Shown: positions 38,835-48,408 of the stretch, piece after piece
How positions within the stretch are numbered: the stretch's first letter is position 1
Layout: each line of letters begins with the position of its first letter
Origin: Thermodesulfobacteriota bacterium
Lineage (GTDB): Bacteria; Desulfobacterota_D; UBA1144; Nemesobacterales; UBA2774
Direction of reading: 5' to 3'
DNA: 64,000 nt
NCBI GenBank assembly: GCA_965216785.1
Contig: OZ244197.1
Coordinates: 1,792,001 to 1,856,000 of the forward strand
The notes under the pieces: generated by a model
Seen by the model: only the letters and a program-made list of their open reading frames with translations
The model's database searches: none
What the model was told of the DNA's origin: nothing
Program-made: the position numbers and the translations under genes

Positions 38835-39293
38835 ATGTCCGCAACACTCGAAAGAGGGATATTAATAGTAGTCGGAATAGTGATCGCGTTTCTCCTGATA
38901 CGCTTGTTTTTGATCATCTTTCTTCTCTTGGCAACTTCCGAGGGCGAGACGCACAGATAAGGTGTAACACTTGGAAACAGAGGCGATTGGCACGGGGCAA
39001 TCGTGCATTTTGATAGAGTCATTGAAATGAACCCGAACCATGAGAAGGCCTACGCATCGAGAGCCTACGCGAAACTCAAGACAGGTGACACAGGCGGTGC
39101 GATTGAAGACTCTCAGGCGGCGCTTAGATTAAGCCCGTATTACGGTCAGGCTTACGCATACCTGGGTTTGGCTGAGCTTAAGTCCGGGAATAAAGAAATA
39201 GGCTGTGAAAAATTAAACGAAGCCTCTGAGCTCGGATACCTGGAAGCTAAGTACTACTTGAATGAATATTGTTATGGGCTTGAAGGCCGCTAA
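38835..39293 (+). pseudogene. Membrane-anchored TPR protein with in-frame TAA at 38958-38960
   Basis: MSATLERG..TM..ETHR*GVTLGNRGDWHGAIVHFDRVIEMNP.. reads through in one frame; TPR motifs follow the stop. Confidence 0.65.
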
Positions 39294-39308
39294 GTATACA
39301 GTTATGGA

Positions 39309-39737
39309 TCACTCTATAGTCTGATACCCTTCCATACCCTCGTTTGAGACAAGCTCTATCAATATCGCTTCCTGGCCCAGCTTCTCAGTCAGCTCTTTAT
39401 TTAGCTCATCGATTTTTTTCCGGAATTTTTTGTCGCTGACCTTCCAGTCGCAGCAGTTAATGATGGTTATATTAAGGCTCTTTTCCCTTTTCCCCTCGTA
39501 GTACCCTACTGTTTCCTGCACGGTAGCCCCGGAGAAGTGTTTAACCAGTATCGCCTCTACATCTTCTAAATCGTATTTCTTTCCGTTTTTGTCTGAGGAC
39601 AGGGCGACGTAGATCCTGACAACTGAGTCCTCATACCCGGTCTCGATCTTAATTGAGCTAAGCTCACGGTTTTGGAAAATTAGAAATATTATCAGTACTA
39701 CTATGATAGCTAAAAGAGTCGTTGTCAGGTATTTCAT
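39309..39737 (-). CDS. Membrane-anchored DUF3574-like protein
   Basis: N-terminal TM; HFSGATV..TVGYY....EKS..I...QEAIL pattern. Confidence 0.5.
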   Translation of the reverse strand: MKYLTTTLLAIIVVLIIFLIFQNRELSSIKIETGYEDSVVRIYVALSSDKNGKKYDLEDVEAILVKHFSGATVQETVGYYEGKREKSLNITIINCCDWKVSDKKFRKKIDELNKELTEKLGQEAILIELVSNEGMEGYQTIE

Positions 39738-39852
39738 TGCTACATTGTCTCAATAATCTATTGGTAATAAAAGTCTACGGCATCGACCGGCCCTTTCCAA
39801 TAGTAGATCAGCCATATACTTTATCAGGGGAGTGTTCGATTATGTTGGAAAA

Positions 39853-40161
39853 TCACTTGCTTAACGCTACGAGAAGCAGCCTGATTATAATGGCGAAGAA
39901 CACGACCACAAAGCTCACGTTCAGTACGAACCATAGTACGTGGACCCAGGCTTTGCGCGACTCGCAAAGGTAATGATATAAAAAGCCCGACACAAACGCT
40001 GAAACCGCTATGGGAAGAAACGACGATAGCCAAAGCAGCATAAAATGTTCCTTTAAGAGTGCGGATGACTGCCCTAAATCTTTTACTATAAAGAATGAAG
40101 CCGCTGCGGATATTAAAGCGAGCGCGAGTGCGAATAGTAATGTGCGTTTTATTTTAGTCAT
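39853..40161 (-). CDS. Hypothetical membrane protein
   Basis: Three hydrophobic segments. Confidence 0.5.
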   Translation of the reverse strand: MTKIKRTLLFALALALISAAASFFIVKDLGQSSALLKEHFMLLWLSSFLPIAVSAFVSGFLYHYLCESRKAWVHVLWFVLNVSFVVVFFAIIIRLLLVALSK

Positions 40162-40239
40162 ATTGGCGTAATTTTATACTGTGTGTAGTATTATCTTCCC
40201 GGATATTAGTGAAAAAACAAACGGAGGGGCAAGGTCAAT

Positions 40240-40482
40240 ATGAAGAATGTTATCGTTACGGGACTTTTAATACTGGGGGTTACTCTAGGGGCGGCGTCAT
40301 GCGCAAAGGTGGCGGACGATATCGCGGCGCCCGCAGAGCCCGCAGACACGGACGAGCTTGCGCCCAGAGTCGAGCCAAAGGATTTAGAAAACACATACAA
40401 CCCTTTAGTTGAGGAAGAGATCGAGTCCGACGAGGCCCCTCTTGAGACAGAGGAAATGGAAGATCCGCCTCTTATAAAGTAA
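40240..40482 (+). CDS. Small acidic lipoprotein
   Basis: Signal peptide ending AAS-C; RBS upstream. Confidence 0.6.
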   Translation: MKNVIVTGLLILGVTLGAASCAKVADDIAAPAEPADTDELAPRVEPKDLENTYNPLVEEEIESDEAPLETEEMEDPPLIK

Positions 40483-40505
40483 TCTAGATCGCTTTTTGCG
40501 CGGGA

Positions 40506-41333
40506 TTATTTCCTTTTGTTTTCAGGAACTATCTCTATTTCAAATAACTTTGGCCAGAGCTTGCCGGTGACCAGCAGTGTTTTACTGTTTTTATCGTAAG
40601 CTATGCCGTTTAAAACGTCTACCTTGTTCTTTCGATCCTCTTTGGTGAGTAGTCCCGACAGGTCGATCCATCCAGTCACACGTCCGGTATGAGGGTCGAT
40701 TCTGGCAATCCTGTTTGCTCCTAATATGTTCGCGAATATTTCGCCTTCCACGTACTCAAGCTCATTTAATCCTACTACATTTTTACCTTCGTCATGGACC
40801 TCGAGCTCTCCTGCGACTTTAAAAATGTGCGGGTCAAGAAACTTGAGGGTAGCCGAGCCGTCACTCATGATAAGATGCTTATCGTCAGACGTAATTCCCC
40901 AACCTTCACCATTATATCTAAATCTGCCGATCGGTTTCAGATTGCTAAGGTTATAAATGAATCCGGTTTCAGAGCGCCAAGTAAGCTGTACGATATTCCC
41001 ATATAAAATAGCGATCCCCTCTCCGAAATACTTATCCGGCATACTGTAGGACTCTAGGATTTCCCCTGTTTTTCTATCAACCAGTCTTAACGTGGACCGT
41101 CCCTTGATGCCTGTGCTTTCGTACAGCTTCCCATTATGTAAAAGTAAGCCCTGTGTGAACGCCTCAGGGTCGTGGGGGTAGGTGTTTATGATTTTATAGC
41201 CGTAGACGGGCACAGTCTCGTCTTGCTGTGCATGAGCTCTCTGCGCTTGCTCGAGTTGCGCGAACAGAACGCAAAAAGTAAATAAGATGATTCGTGCCGC
41301 CATGTTTAGCTCGTAAACTTCACGTATTTTCAT
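40506..41333 (-). CDS. Glutaminyl-peptide cyclotransferase
   Basis: YPHD..AFTQGL, YESTG, FGEG, EGWG, MSDGS, LNELE, VLNGIA, TGKLWP. Confidence 0.92.
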   Translation of the reverse strand: MKIREVYELNMAARIILFTFCVLFAQLEQAQRAHAQQDETVPVYGYKIINTYPHDPEAFTQGLLLHNGKLYESTGIKGRSTLRLVDRKTGEILESYSMPDKYFGEGIAILYGNIVQLTWRSETGFIYNLSNLKPIGRFRYNGEGWGITSDDKHLIMSDGSATLKFLDPHIFKVAGELEVHDEGKNVVGLNELEYVEGEIFANILGANRIARIDPHTGRVTGWIDLSGLLTKEDRKNKVDVLNGIAYDKNSKTLLVTGKLWPKLFEIEIVPENKRK

Positions 41334-41436
41334 AATCGTATAGGCCGCCGTATTCGTAATTATGCATAAAGGATAGTATTTGTATTATCTATAATAATAT
41401 CCTATAGGTGTCAAATTTCTCTTTTATTTCCCTCTA

Positions 41437-41480
41437 TTGACAGAAAGTCCCTCTGGTTTATATTTTAGGTCAATCTAAAA
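41437..41480 (+). promoter_or_regulatory. sigma70 promoter overlapped by DtxR/MntR-type operator
   Basis: TTGACA at 41437; TTTTAG-gtcaat-CTAAAA at 41463-41480. Confidence 0.7.
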
Positions 41481-41562
41481 ATATAGTTTGCGTCGACGAA
41501 TTATATTTTTAGCTATAACGGAGTATTCTGGTGCGTATGAAAGAAAGGGAGTGTTAAGAGAG

Positions 41563-42381
41563 ATGATAGAAATCACAAGAGGTTTAATATTGATCCTGTT
41601 ACAGCGTAGGTTGTTGCGAGTTTCCATTACTGCTTTAGTGACTGTTCTTGCATTATTGGTATTAGAGGTGAGCACGGCGCGGGCAGTGGGTGGTATTTCT
41701 AACTCCAAAGTTATAGTCCCGAGCGCGGAGAGCGTACCAAAGGGGAAATTTGAGATTGAGCCTTTTTTCGGGCTTGAATTTGTAGATGACAGTGACAATA
41801 CCACAAGGTTCGGAGGCGGAGTGAGGTTCACCTTAGGCGTGCTTCACAACCTTGAGATCGGTGCCAATGTTAACTATCTGGACGTTGAGGACTCTGACCT
41901 CATCCAAAGGAACTCTGACTTCGGAGACATAGAAACGGGGTTAAAATTCAGGCTGCTCGATGAGGGTGAGAGTTATCCATTCTCACTTGCTTATCAGGGC
42001 GGGGTCACGATACCGACGAATGACGATGCTCTTTGGATAGTAGAGCCTGGCGGGCTGATTCTTACTAAGAACTTCACCCAAGAGTTCTCAATGGACGCGG
42101 ATTTTGTATTTGGAATAATAGAGGACGACGCCTGGAGCTTTGTCTCTGAGATCGGGTTTGGATATTTTGTAACACATTGGTTTCAGCCTGTTGTAGAGGC
42201 GGCATACGCGTTTGAAGATCCTGACGGGGAGGATAACGTGCAGATCGTCAATATTACCGCCGGTTTCACGTCTCCAGTGACTGACTGGCTGACGGTCATA
42301 ATGGGCGTGACCCCGGACATTTATACCAAGAATACGGATGAGCAGGTAATACTTACAGCCGCGTTTACATTTCTATTCTAG
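41563..42381 (+). CDS. Putative outer-membrane beta-barrel (MetA-pathway 'transporter'-like)
   Basis: Signal peptide, alternating beta-strands, DFGDIETGLKFR motif, C-terminal Phe; start uncertain. Confidence 0.6.
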   Translation: MIEITRGLILILLQRRLLRVSITALVTVLALLVLEVSTARAVGGISNSKVIVPSAESVPKGKFEIEPFFGLEFVDDSDNTTRFGGGVRFTLGVLHNLEIGANVNYLDVEDSDLIQRNSDFGDIETGLKFRLLDEGESYPFSLAYQGGVTIPTNDDALWIVEPGGLILTKNFTQEFSMDADFVFGIIEDDAWSFVSEIGFGYFVTHWFQPVVEAAYAFEDPDGEDNVQIVNITAGFTSPVTDWLTVIMGVTPDIYTKNTDEQVILTAAFTFLF

Positions 42382-42394
42382 TGTTTTATCGGCC

Positions 42395-42445
42395 TTGACA
42401 GAGGGGGTTCTTGCAAATAAACTATTTTTTAGACATGTCTAAAAA
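42395..42445 (+). promoter_or_regulatory. sigma70 promoter with DtxR/MntR operator (autoregulation)
   Basis: TTGACA-17-TAAACT (42395-42423); perfect palindrome tttttagacatgtctaaaaa at 42426-42445. Confidence 0.8.
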
Positions 42446-42545
42446 TTGATTTAGGAGATTTTAATAAAGACTTGTGGGGCAGCATAAATATTACGAGAGC
42501 ATCTGGGTACTTTAGGTAGAGAAAATTCAAACCAGGAGAAGCTTA

Positions 42546-43223
42546 ATGTACACCGAATCCATAGAAAATTATTTGAAAACAATATACGAAATTCAAAAGG
42601 AATCCGAGAAAGTTACTACTAACTCAATCTCGGAGAAATTGGGCGTTGCACCTGCTTCCGTGACCAGTATGATGAAAAAGCTCTCGGAAAAGAAACTCAT
42701 CACCCATAAACGCTACCAGGGCGTTAAGCTCAGCGGCCCCGGGAAAAAGATCGCGCTCGAGGTGATACGCCATCACAGGCTGATTGAGCTCTATCTGGCA
42801 GAAGCGCTCGGGGTTCCGTGGGACAAGGTGCATGAAGAGGCCGAAAAGTGGGAGCACGTGCTCTCAGAAGATCTGGAAGACCGTATGGATAAGGCTCTAG
42901 GATACCCGACAAGAGACCCGCACGGCTCGCCAATACCAAGCCGTGACGGCACGGTGATAGAGCTTGAGTCTATACCTCTTGTGGAACTTCAGCCGGGACA
43001 GTCAGGTGTAATTGCCGAGGTAAGCGACCACGACCCGGATCTTCTAAGATATGTAGGCAAGATGGGTCTCTACCCGATGACTAAAATAGAGGTGCTCTCG
43101 GTAGAGCCTTTCAGCGGGCCTATAACTATTAAAGTTGAGGACACAAGTCACATACTGGGTTCGGAGGCGGCACAGTACGTCTTCGTATCAGACGTGGAAG
43201 GTGAGCACGGGGAGGCATCCTAA
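42546..43223 (+). CDS. mntR: DtxR/MntR/TroR metal-dependent repressor with FeoA domain
   Basis: ENYLKTIY, RHHRLIELYL, EAEKWEH, DPHGSPIP. Confidence 0.9.
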   Translation: MYTESIENYLKTIYEIQKESEKVTTNSISEKLGVAPASVTSMMKKLSEKKLITHKRYQGVKLSGPGKKIALEVIRHHRLIELYLAEALGVPWDKVHEEAEKWEHVLSEDLEDRMDKALGYPTRDPHGSPIPSRDGTVIELESIPLVELQPGQSGVIAEVSDHDPDLLRYVGKMGLYPMTKIEVLSVEPFSGPITIKVEDTSHILGSEAAQYVFVSDVEGEHGEAS

Positions 43224-43224
43224 C

Positions 43225-44169
43225 ATGAAAAGCATAAAAGCAATCTTAGCTCTTATATTGGTTGTAACTCTAATTTCCTGCTCTTCTGAGGACAGAGAAG
43301 GCGCGTTAAACAAAGAGACTATTAACATTGTAGCCACTACAGGTATGATCGCGGACGCGGCGCAAGTGGTCGGGGGGGATAAGGTCAAAGTGAAAGGCCT
43401 CATGGGCCCCGGAGTTGACCCTCACCTCTATAAAGCAAGCGCGGGCGACGTGGGGCTCCTGTCAAAAGCCGATCTGATTTTCTACAACGGGCTCCACCTC
43501 GAAGGGAAAATGGCCGAAATATTCGAGCAGATGAAAAAACGCGGCATAGACACGGTGGCTGTTACGGACGGAATCGACAGAAAGCACCTGCTTACTCCTC
43601 CGGAGTTTGAGGGCAATTACGACCCGCACCTATGGTTTGACGTAAGTTTATGGATGGGCGCCGTAAATACGATAAGGGACTCTCTTATTGAAAAGGATCC
43701 TGACAACGAGCAGATTTACCGCGCGAATACCGAGGAGTATTTAGTAAAGCTTTCCGAGCTTGATGAATATGTAAAGACTAAGACCGCCACCCTTCCCGCA
43801 GACAAAAGGGTTCTTATAACAGCGCACGACGCGTTTAATTACTTTGGCAAAGGGTATGGGTTTGAGGTCAAGGGTCTTCAGGGGATAAGCACCGATTCCG
43901 AGGCCGGTACCGCGGATGTGCAGGAGCTGGCCGGCTTTATCGTAGAGCGTCAGCTGCCCGCTATTTTTGTTGAATCTTCAGTTCCTCCCAAATACATAGA
44001 GGCCGTTCAGGCCGCTGTCAGGGCCAGGGGCTTCAACGTGGAGGTGGGAGGAGAGATCTTCTCAGACGCCATGGGTAACCCGGGAACGCCTGAAGGAAAC
44101 TACATCGGTATGGTAAGACATAATGTAAATACCATAGTGGGCGCTCTTAGTGAAGGCGGGGAATCGTAG
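43225..44169 (+). CDS. troA: Mn/Zn ABC transporter substrate-binding lipoprotein (TroA/MntA)
   Basis: Lipobox, GVDPHLY, DPHLW, HDAFNYF, IFVESS; ATG at 43225. Confidence 0.9.
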   Translation: MKSIKAILALILVVTLISCSSEDREGALNKETINIVATTGMIADAAQVVGGDKVKVKGLMGPGVDPHLYKASAGDVGLLSKADLIFYNGLHLEGKMAEIFEQMKKRGIDTVAVTDGIDRKHLLTPPEFEGNYDPHLWFDVSLWMGAVNTIRDSLIEKDPDNEQIYRANTEEYLVKLSELDEYVKTKTATLPADKRVLITAHDAFNYFGKGYGFEVKGLQGISTDSEAGTADVQELAGFIVERQLPAIFVESSVPPKYIEAVQAAVRARGFNVEVGGEIFSDAMGNPGTPEGNYIGMVRHNVNTIVGALSEGGES

Positions 44170-44211
44170 CGGATAATCTCCAACATATTTTTTCTGACCC
44201 GGAGTAATGAA

Positions 44212-44994
44212 ATGAAATACGCAATTGAAGTTGAAGACTTAACTGTAGCTTATAAAGAAAAGCCGGTACTGTGGGATGTCGATCTGAACGTGCCGGAGGG
44301 CGTGCTGATGTCAATAGTGGGCCCTAACGGAGCTGGAAAGACAACTCTTATAAAAGCGATGCTGGGTCTCGTAAACACCGCCGCGGGCAGGGTGAGTATA
44401 TACGGTAAACCCTATTTAAAGCAGCGGAGCCTGGTGGGCTACGTCCCGCAGAGGGGGAGTGTGGACTGGGATTTCCCGACAAGTGTCGGTGATGTAGTAA
44501 TGATGGGCAGATACGGCGCCCTGGGATGGATAAAGAGACCGGGCAGGGAAGAGGCCAGACTATCATTAAAGGCTCTTGAAAAAGTAGGCATGGCAGAATA
44601 TGCCGACCGCCAGATAAGCCAGCTGTCGGGCGGGCAGCAGCAGAGGGTGTTCCTCGCGCGCGCGCTGGTACAGGACGCCAGGATATACCTCATGGATGAG
44701 CCTTTTCAGGGGGTTGACGCAACCACTGAGCGTGCGATTGTCACACTGCTGCAAGAGCTGCGCGCGGCCGGGAAAACCGTCGTAGTCGTTCATCATGATC
44801 TCCAGACGGTGCCCGAATACTTTGACTGGACTACGCTCCTTAACGTGCGTCTTCTCGCAAGCGGGCCCGTAGATAAAGTATTTACGGAAGAGAACCTCCG
44901 TCTCACCTACGGGGGACGAGTCTCGTTCCTCAAGCATAACGGACATAGTACTGGCGAGGACAACGAAAAGAGGGCAGAAGCCGGGGGGATCTGA
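44212..44994 (+). CDS. troB: Mn/Zn ABC transporter ATPase (TroB/MntB)
   Basis: [29 protein letters not shown]. Confidence 0.9.
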   Translation: MKYAIEVEDLTVAYKEKPVLWDVDLNVPEGVLMSIVGPNGAGKTTLIKAMLGLVNTAAGRVSIYGKPYLKQRSLVGYVPQRGSVDWDFPTSVGDVVMMGRYGALGWIKRPGREEARLSLKALEKVGMAEYADRQISQLSGGQQQRVFLARALVQDARIYLMDEPFQGVDATTERAIVTLLQELRAAGKTVVVVHHDLQTVPEYFDWTTLLNVRLLASGPVDKVFTEENLRLTYGGRVSFLKHNGHSTGEDNEKRAEAGGI

Positions 44995-44995
44995 T

Positions 44996-46135
44996 TTGGA
45001 CGTCCTTTCGTTATTGAATGACCTTCTTTTCGATTATACCCTTCGTACCGTAGCGCTGGGCTCAGCCGTTCTGGGTATAGTGAGCGGGGCGCTTGGCTCC
45101 TACGCTGTTTTGCGCAAGCAGAGTCTTCTAGGGGACGCTATGTCTCATGCCGCGCTCCCAGGTATTGCCATCGCATTTCTACTAACCGGAAGCAAAGTCT
45201 CGCTTGTTCTCATACTTGGGGCGGCTATCGCAGGCTGGGTAGCTACGCTCATTATTATGAGCATTGTTCGAACGACAAGAATAAAATATGACACCGCGCT
45301 CGGCATGATTCTATCCGTATTCTTCGGATTCGGCCTTGTGCTTCTCACCATTATCCAAAAACGACCCGACGCCACTCAGGCCGGACTGGATAAATTCCTC
45401 TTTGGCCAGGCCGCGGCCCTATTGGAGCGGGACGTAATAACAATGGCTGTCCTTGGGGCGGTTGCGATAGCCACGATGCTGGTATTCTGGAAGCAGTTTA
45501 AGCTCTTAAGCTTCGATCCAGATTTTGGCGCCACTCTGGGTTTCCCAATGCGGTTTCTCGACGTAGTGCTTACGACTCTTATTGTTATCGCCATAGTCAC
45601 AGGGCTTCAAACAGTGGGAGTCGTGCTCATGAGCGCGATGATCGTCGCACCGGCTTCCGCCGCTAGGCAGTGGACCGACCGTTTGGGCCCTATGATATTT
45701 TTATCGGCCGCTTTCGGAGCATTGGCGGGGGTATCGGGAGCTCTTCTGAGCAGCAGTATATCGAGGCTCCCTACAGGTCCCACAATTGTGCTTTGCGTAA
45801 GCGTGATAGTCGTAATATCGATTTTCCTGGCTCCTGCACGGGGTCTTGTTTGGAGCTGGCTGCGTGAGAGAAGGAACAGGGGGAAGCTTCGTCTTGAAGG
45901 TATGCTGGAGGATCTGTACTCACTTGCCCTTCAGCATAAAGATCCCGGGCACGCTCACCCTGTGTCGGTTCTCAGGCTAATGAGCGCGGACAAAGGAGGG
46001 GTGGACAATAGCCTCCAAAAACTCGAGGAGCAGGGGTTTGTGCGCCGTGTAAAATCGGAAGAATGGGCGCTTACGAGGAAAGGTGTTGAGCAGGCAAGGC
46101 AAATAATAAAACTAGGGGTCGGCGGCGGACAATGA
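44996..46135 (+). CDS. troC: Mn/Zn ABC transporter permease (TroC/MntC)
   Basis: GDAMSHAALPG, ABC-3 TM domain, C-terminal cytoplasmic extension. Confidence 0.88.
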   Translation: MDVLSLLNDLLFDYTLRTVALGSAVLGIVSGALGSYAVLRKQSLLGDAMSHAALPGIAIAFLLTGSKVSLVLILGAAIAGWVATLIIMSIVRTTRIKYDTALGMILSVFFGFGLVLLTIIQKRPDATQAGLDKFLFGQAAALLERDVITMAVLGAVAIATMLVFWKQFKLLSFDPDFGATLGFPMRFLDVVLTTLIVIAIVTGLQTVGVVLMSAMIVAPASAARQWTDRLGPMIFLSAAFGALAGVSGALLSSSISRLPTGPTIVLCVSVIVVISIFLAPARGLVWSWLRERRNRGKLRLEGMLEDLYSLALQHKDPGHAHPVSVLRLMSADKGGVDNSLQKLEEQGFVRRVKSEEWALTRKGVEQARQIIKLGVGGGQ

Positions 46136-47250
46136 GCGCAGAGCAGATAGAAATTCAGATAATAGCCTCTCTTGTGGCTGTGACCTGCGCGATCCCGGGG
46201 GTATTTCTCGTTTTGCGCCGAATGGCTATGATGAGCGACGCGATCAGTCACGCGATTTTGCTCGGTATTGTGCTCGCGTTTTTCGCGGTCCACGATATAT
46301 CCTCGCCACTGCTCATAATCGGGGCCGCGCTAAGCGGCGTGCTCACCGTGAGCTTCGTTGAAATTCTCAACAAAACAAAGCTAGTTAAAGAAGACGCGGC
46401 GATAGGGCTGGTATTCCCGGTACTATTCAGCATAGGTGTAATTCTGATCGCGCGCTACGCGTGGAGCATTCACCTCGATGTACACGCCGTTCTGTTAGGA
46501 GAGCTTGCTTTCGCTCCGTTTGACAGACTCATCGTAGGCGGGCTCGACCTGGGGCCGAAGTCGCTTTATGTAATGGGTACTATTTTACTCGTGAATCTCA
46601 TATTTATTTCCCTTTTCTACAAAGAGCTCAAGATATCTACGTTCGATGCCGGGCTGGCTGCGGCTCTGGGGTTTTCTCCGGGCTTAATACATTACGGGCT
46701 CATGGGGCTTGTTTCTGTAACCGCTGTCGGGGCGTTCGATGCGGTAGGCTCAATACTGGTCGTGGCTCTTATGGTAACGCCGCCCGCGGCTGCTTATCTT
46801 CTGACAGATAAGCTCTCTTACATGATAATTCTGAGCGCGCTTCTAGGCGTTTTGAGCGCTATAAGCGGATTCTGGCTCGCTATATTGCTCGACGCAAACA
46901 TAGCGGGCTCCATGGCTACCATGGCGGGGATAGTGTTCGTAGTAGTTTTTCTCTTTGCTCCCGACAGGGGGATTATCGCGATCGCCATGAGACGCTCGAG
47001 ACAGCGCTGGGAATTTGCGGGTAAGATGCTCGCTATACATCTTTTGAATCATGAGGGGACCCCGGACGAGGAACGAGAATCACAAGTCGTACACCTGGAA
47101 GAGAATCTATGCTGGAAAGAAGGTTTTGCGAATAAGATTATTAAGTATACAGAAAATAAAGGGATTCTTTTTCGGGACCGGGACATGCTCAGGCTGACGG
47201 ATTACGGCAGGGAATACGCGAAAAAATCTGTAATTGATGAGAGCACTTAA
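46132..47250 (+). CDS. troD: Mn/Zn ABC transporter permease (TroD/MntD)
   Basis: SDAISHAILLG, AFDAVGSILV. Confidence 0.88.
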   Translation: MSAEQIEIQIIASLVAVTCAIPGVFLVLRRMAMMSDAISHAILLGIVLAFFAVHDISSPLLIIGAALSGVLTVSFVEILNKTKLVKEDAAIGLVFPVLFSIGVILIARYAWSIHLDVHAVLLGELAFAPFDRLIVGGLDLGPKSLYVMGTILLVNLIFISLFYKELKISTFDAGLAAALGFSPGLIHYGLMGLVSVTAVGAFDAVGSILVVALMVTPPAAAYLLTDKLSYMIILSALLGVLSAISGFWLAILLDANIAGSMATMAGIVFVVVFLFAPDRGIIAIAMRRSRQRWEFAGKMLAIHLLNHEGTPDEERESQVVHLEENLCWKEGFANKIIKYTENKGILFRDRDMLRLTDYGREYAKKSVIDEST

Positions 47251-47257
47251 TAGAAGC

Positions 47258-48121
47258 TTACTTAGAGTCTGCTCTTTGTTTTAGAAGTTTTAGTATTATG
47301 CTGAGAAGTATTATGCCCTTGGGTCCGTCGTCATCCTCTTTTAGTGACTGAATATAGTCCATGTTATCCATTACGGACTCGTCTTCGGGAGCTATCTGCA
47401 GAGCGGCCCTAAGCACTTCCAAGGCTTCGTCATACCACCCCTTTTCGGCCAGCGATAACGCTAGCGCGTTGTAGCCCGGGATAAATTCGGGGGCAATGGT
47501 TATTACCTCTCTGAACTTGGCCGACGACTCATCGATCCAGCCAAGGTCAAAATAGCAGTTCCCAATGGATAGGTGCGCCCATGTGTCGTCGGGGCATATA
47601 TCGATCTGCTTTCTGAACTCCGAAAGAGCCTCTCTGGTCCAGCCCATATCGAAATAACAAAGGCCAATCTGATAGTATATCTCTTCCTTTATATAATCCT
47701 GCTCACAATCTCCCTGTAAGCACTCCTCGAAATACTTTAGAGCCTCTTCGTATAGCCCGATAGTTCTGTAGGCGACCGCTTTGTGCCAGATCGCGACAGT
47801 GTATCCGGAATCGATTTCTAGAGCTGCGTCAAAGCACTTTAAAGATTCCGAGTGTCTGCTCATTCTGGATAATGTGATGCCGAACTGAGTCCAGATATAG
47901 GCGTCGTGGGTGTTTAGCTCGAGCGCTTTTCTGAAATAGTGGATGGAGCTCTTAAACTCCTCCATGGCGTCGTATGTGAGAGCGAATGAAAGATAAACGT
48001 CCGGGTCTTCCGGGGCTATTTTATTCGCCTGAGTCAGCTCTCTCAGAGCTTCCTCGAACCGCCCGGCTTCCTTAAAATCATCTGCTTTATTTAGGTGTCT
48101 GTCCAGCCTTCCCATTATCAA
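47258..48121 (-). CDS. Tetratricopeptide repeat protein
   Basis: Several 34-aa TPR repeats. Confidence 0.85.
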   Translation of the reverse strand: MIMGRLDRHLNKADDFKEAGRFEEALRELTQANKIAPEDPDVYLSFALTYDAMEEFKSSIHYFRKALELNTHDAYIWTQFGITLSRMSRHSESLKCFDAALEIDSGYTVAIWHKAVAYRTIGLYEEALKYFEECLQGDCEQDYIKEEIYYQIGLCYFDMGWTREALSEFRKQIDICPDDTWAHLSIGNCYFDLGWIDESSAKFREVITIAPEFIPGYNALALSLAEKGWYDEALEVLRAALQIAPEDESVMDNMDYIQSLKEDDDGPKGIILLSIILKLLKQRADSK

Positions 48122-48408
48122 CCCAATAAGGTGTGTGCACTAAAATTGTTTAAAGCATATTTGGTGCTGAGCCGAATGTCAATATTCTCACGTCGATAGC
48201 CTGTCTAATTTGCCGTTTTTTGACGCTCCGGGCGGTTAATTAGGGGCAAAAAAACAATTTCCGCCGCATTCACGTTGTAAAAAAACGGATATCAATTCAA
48301 CAGTTCGAGAGTGTAAAGAGGGAAGTTTTATCTCTTTCTATATGCAACTTTTTGGCAACTTTTACATCGAATAATTACAAATCCATTAGGAGAATTCATA
48401 CAAGAACC

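Noticed and set aside
38958-38960. Programmed stop-codon recoding
   Set aside because: TAA is not a Sec/Pyl codon and ends many normal genes in this window.
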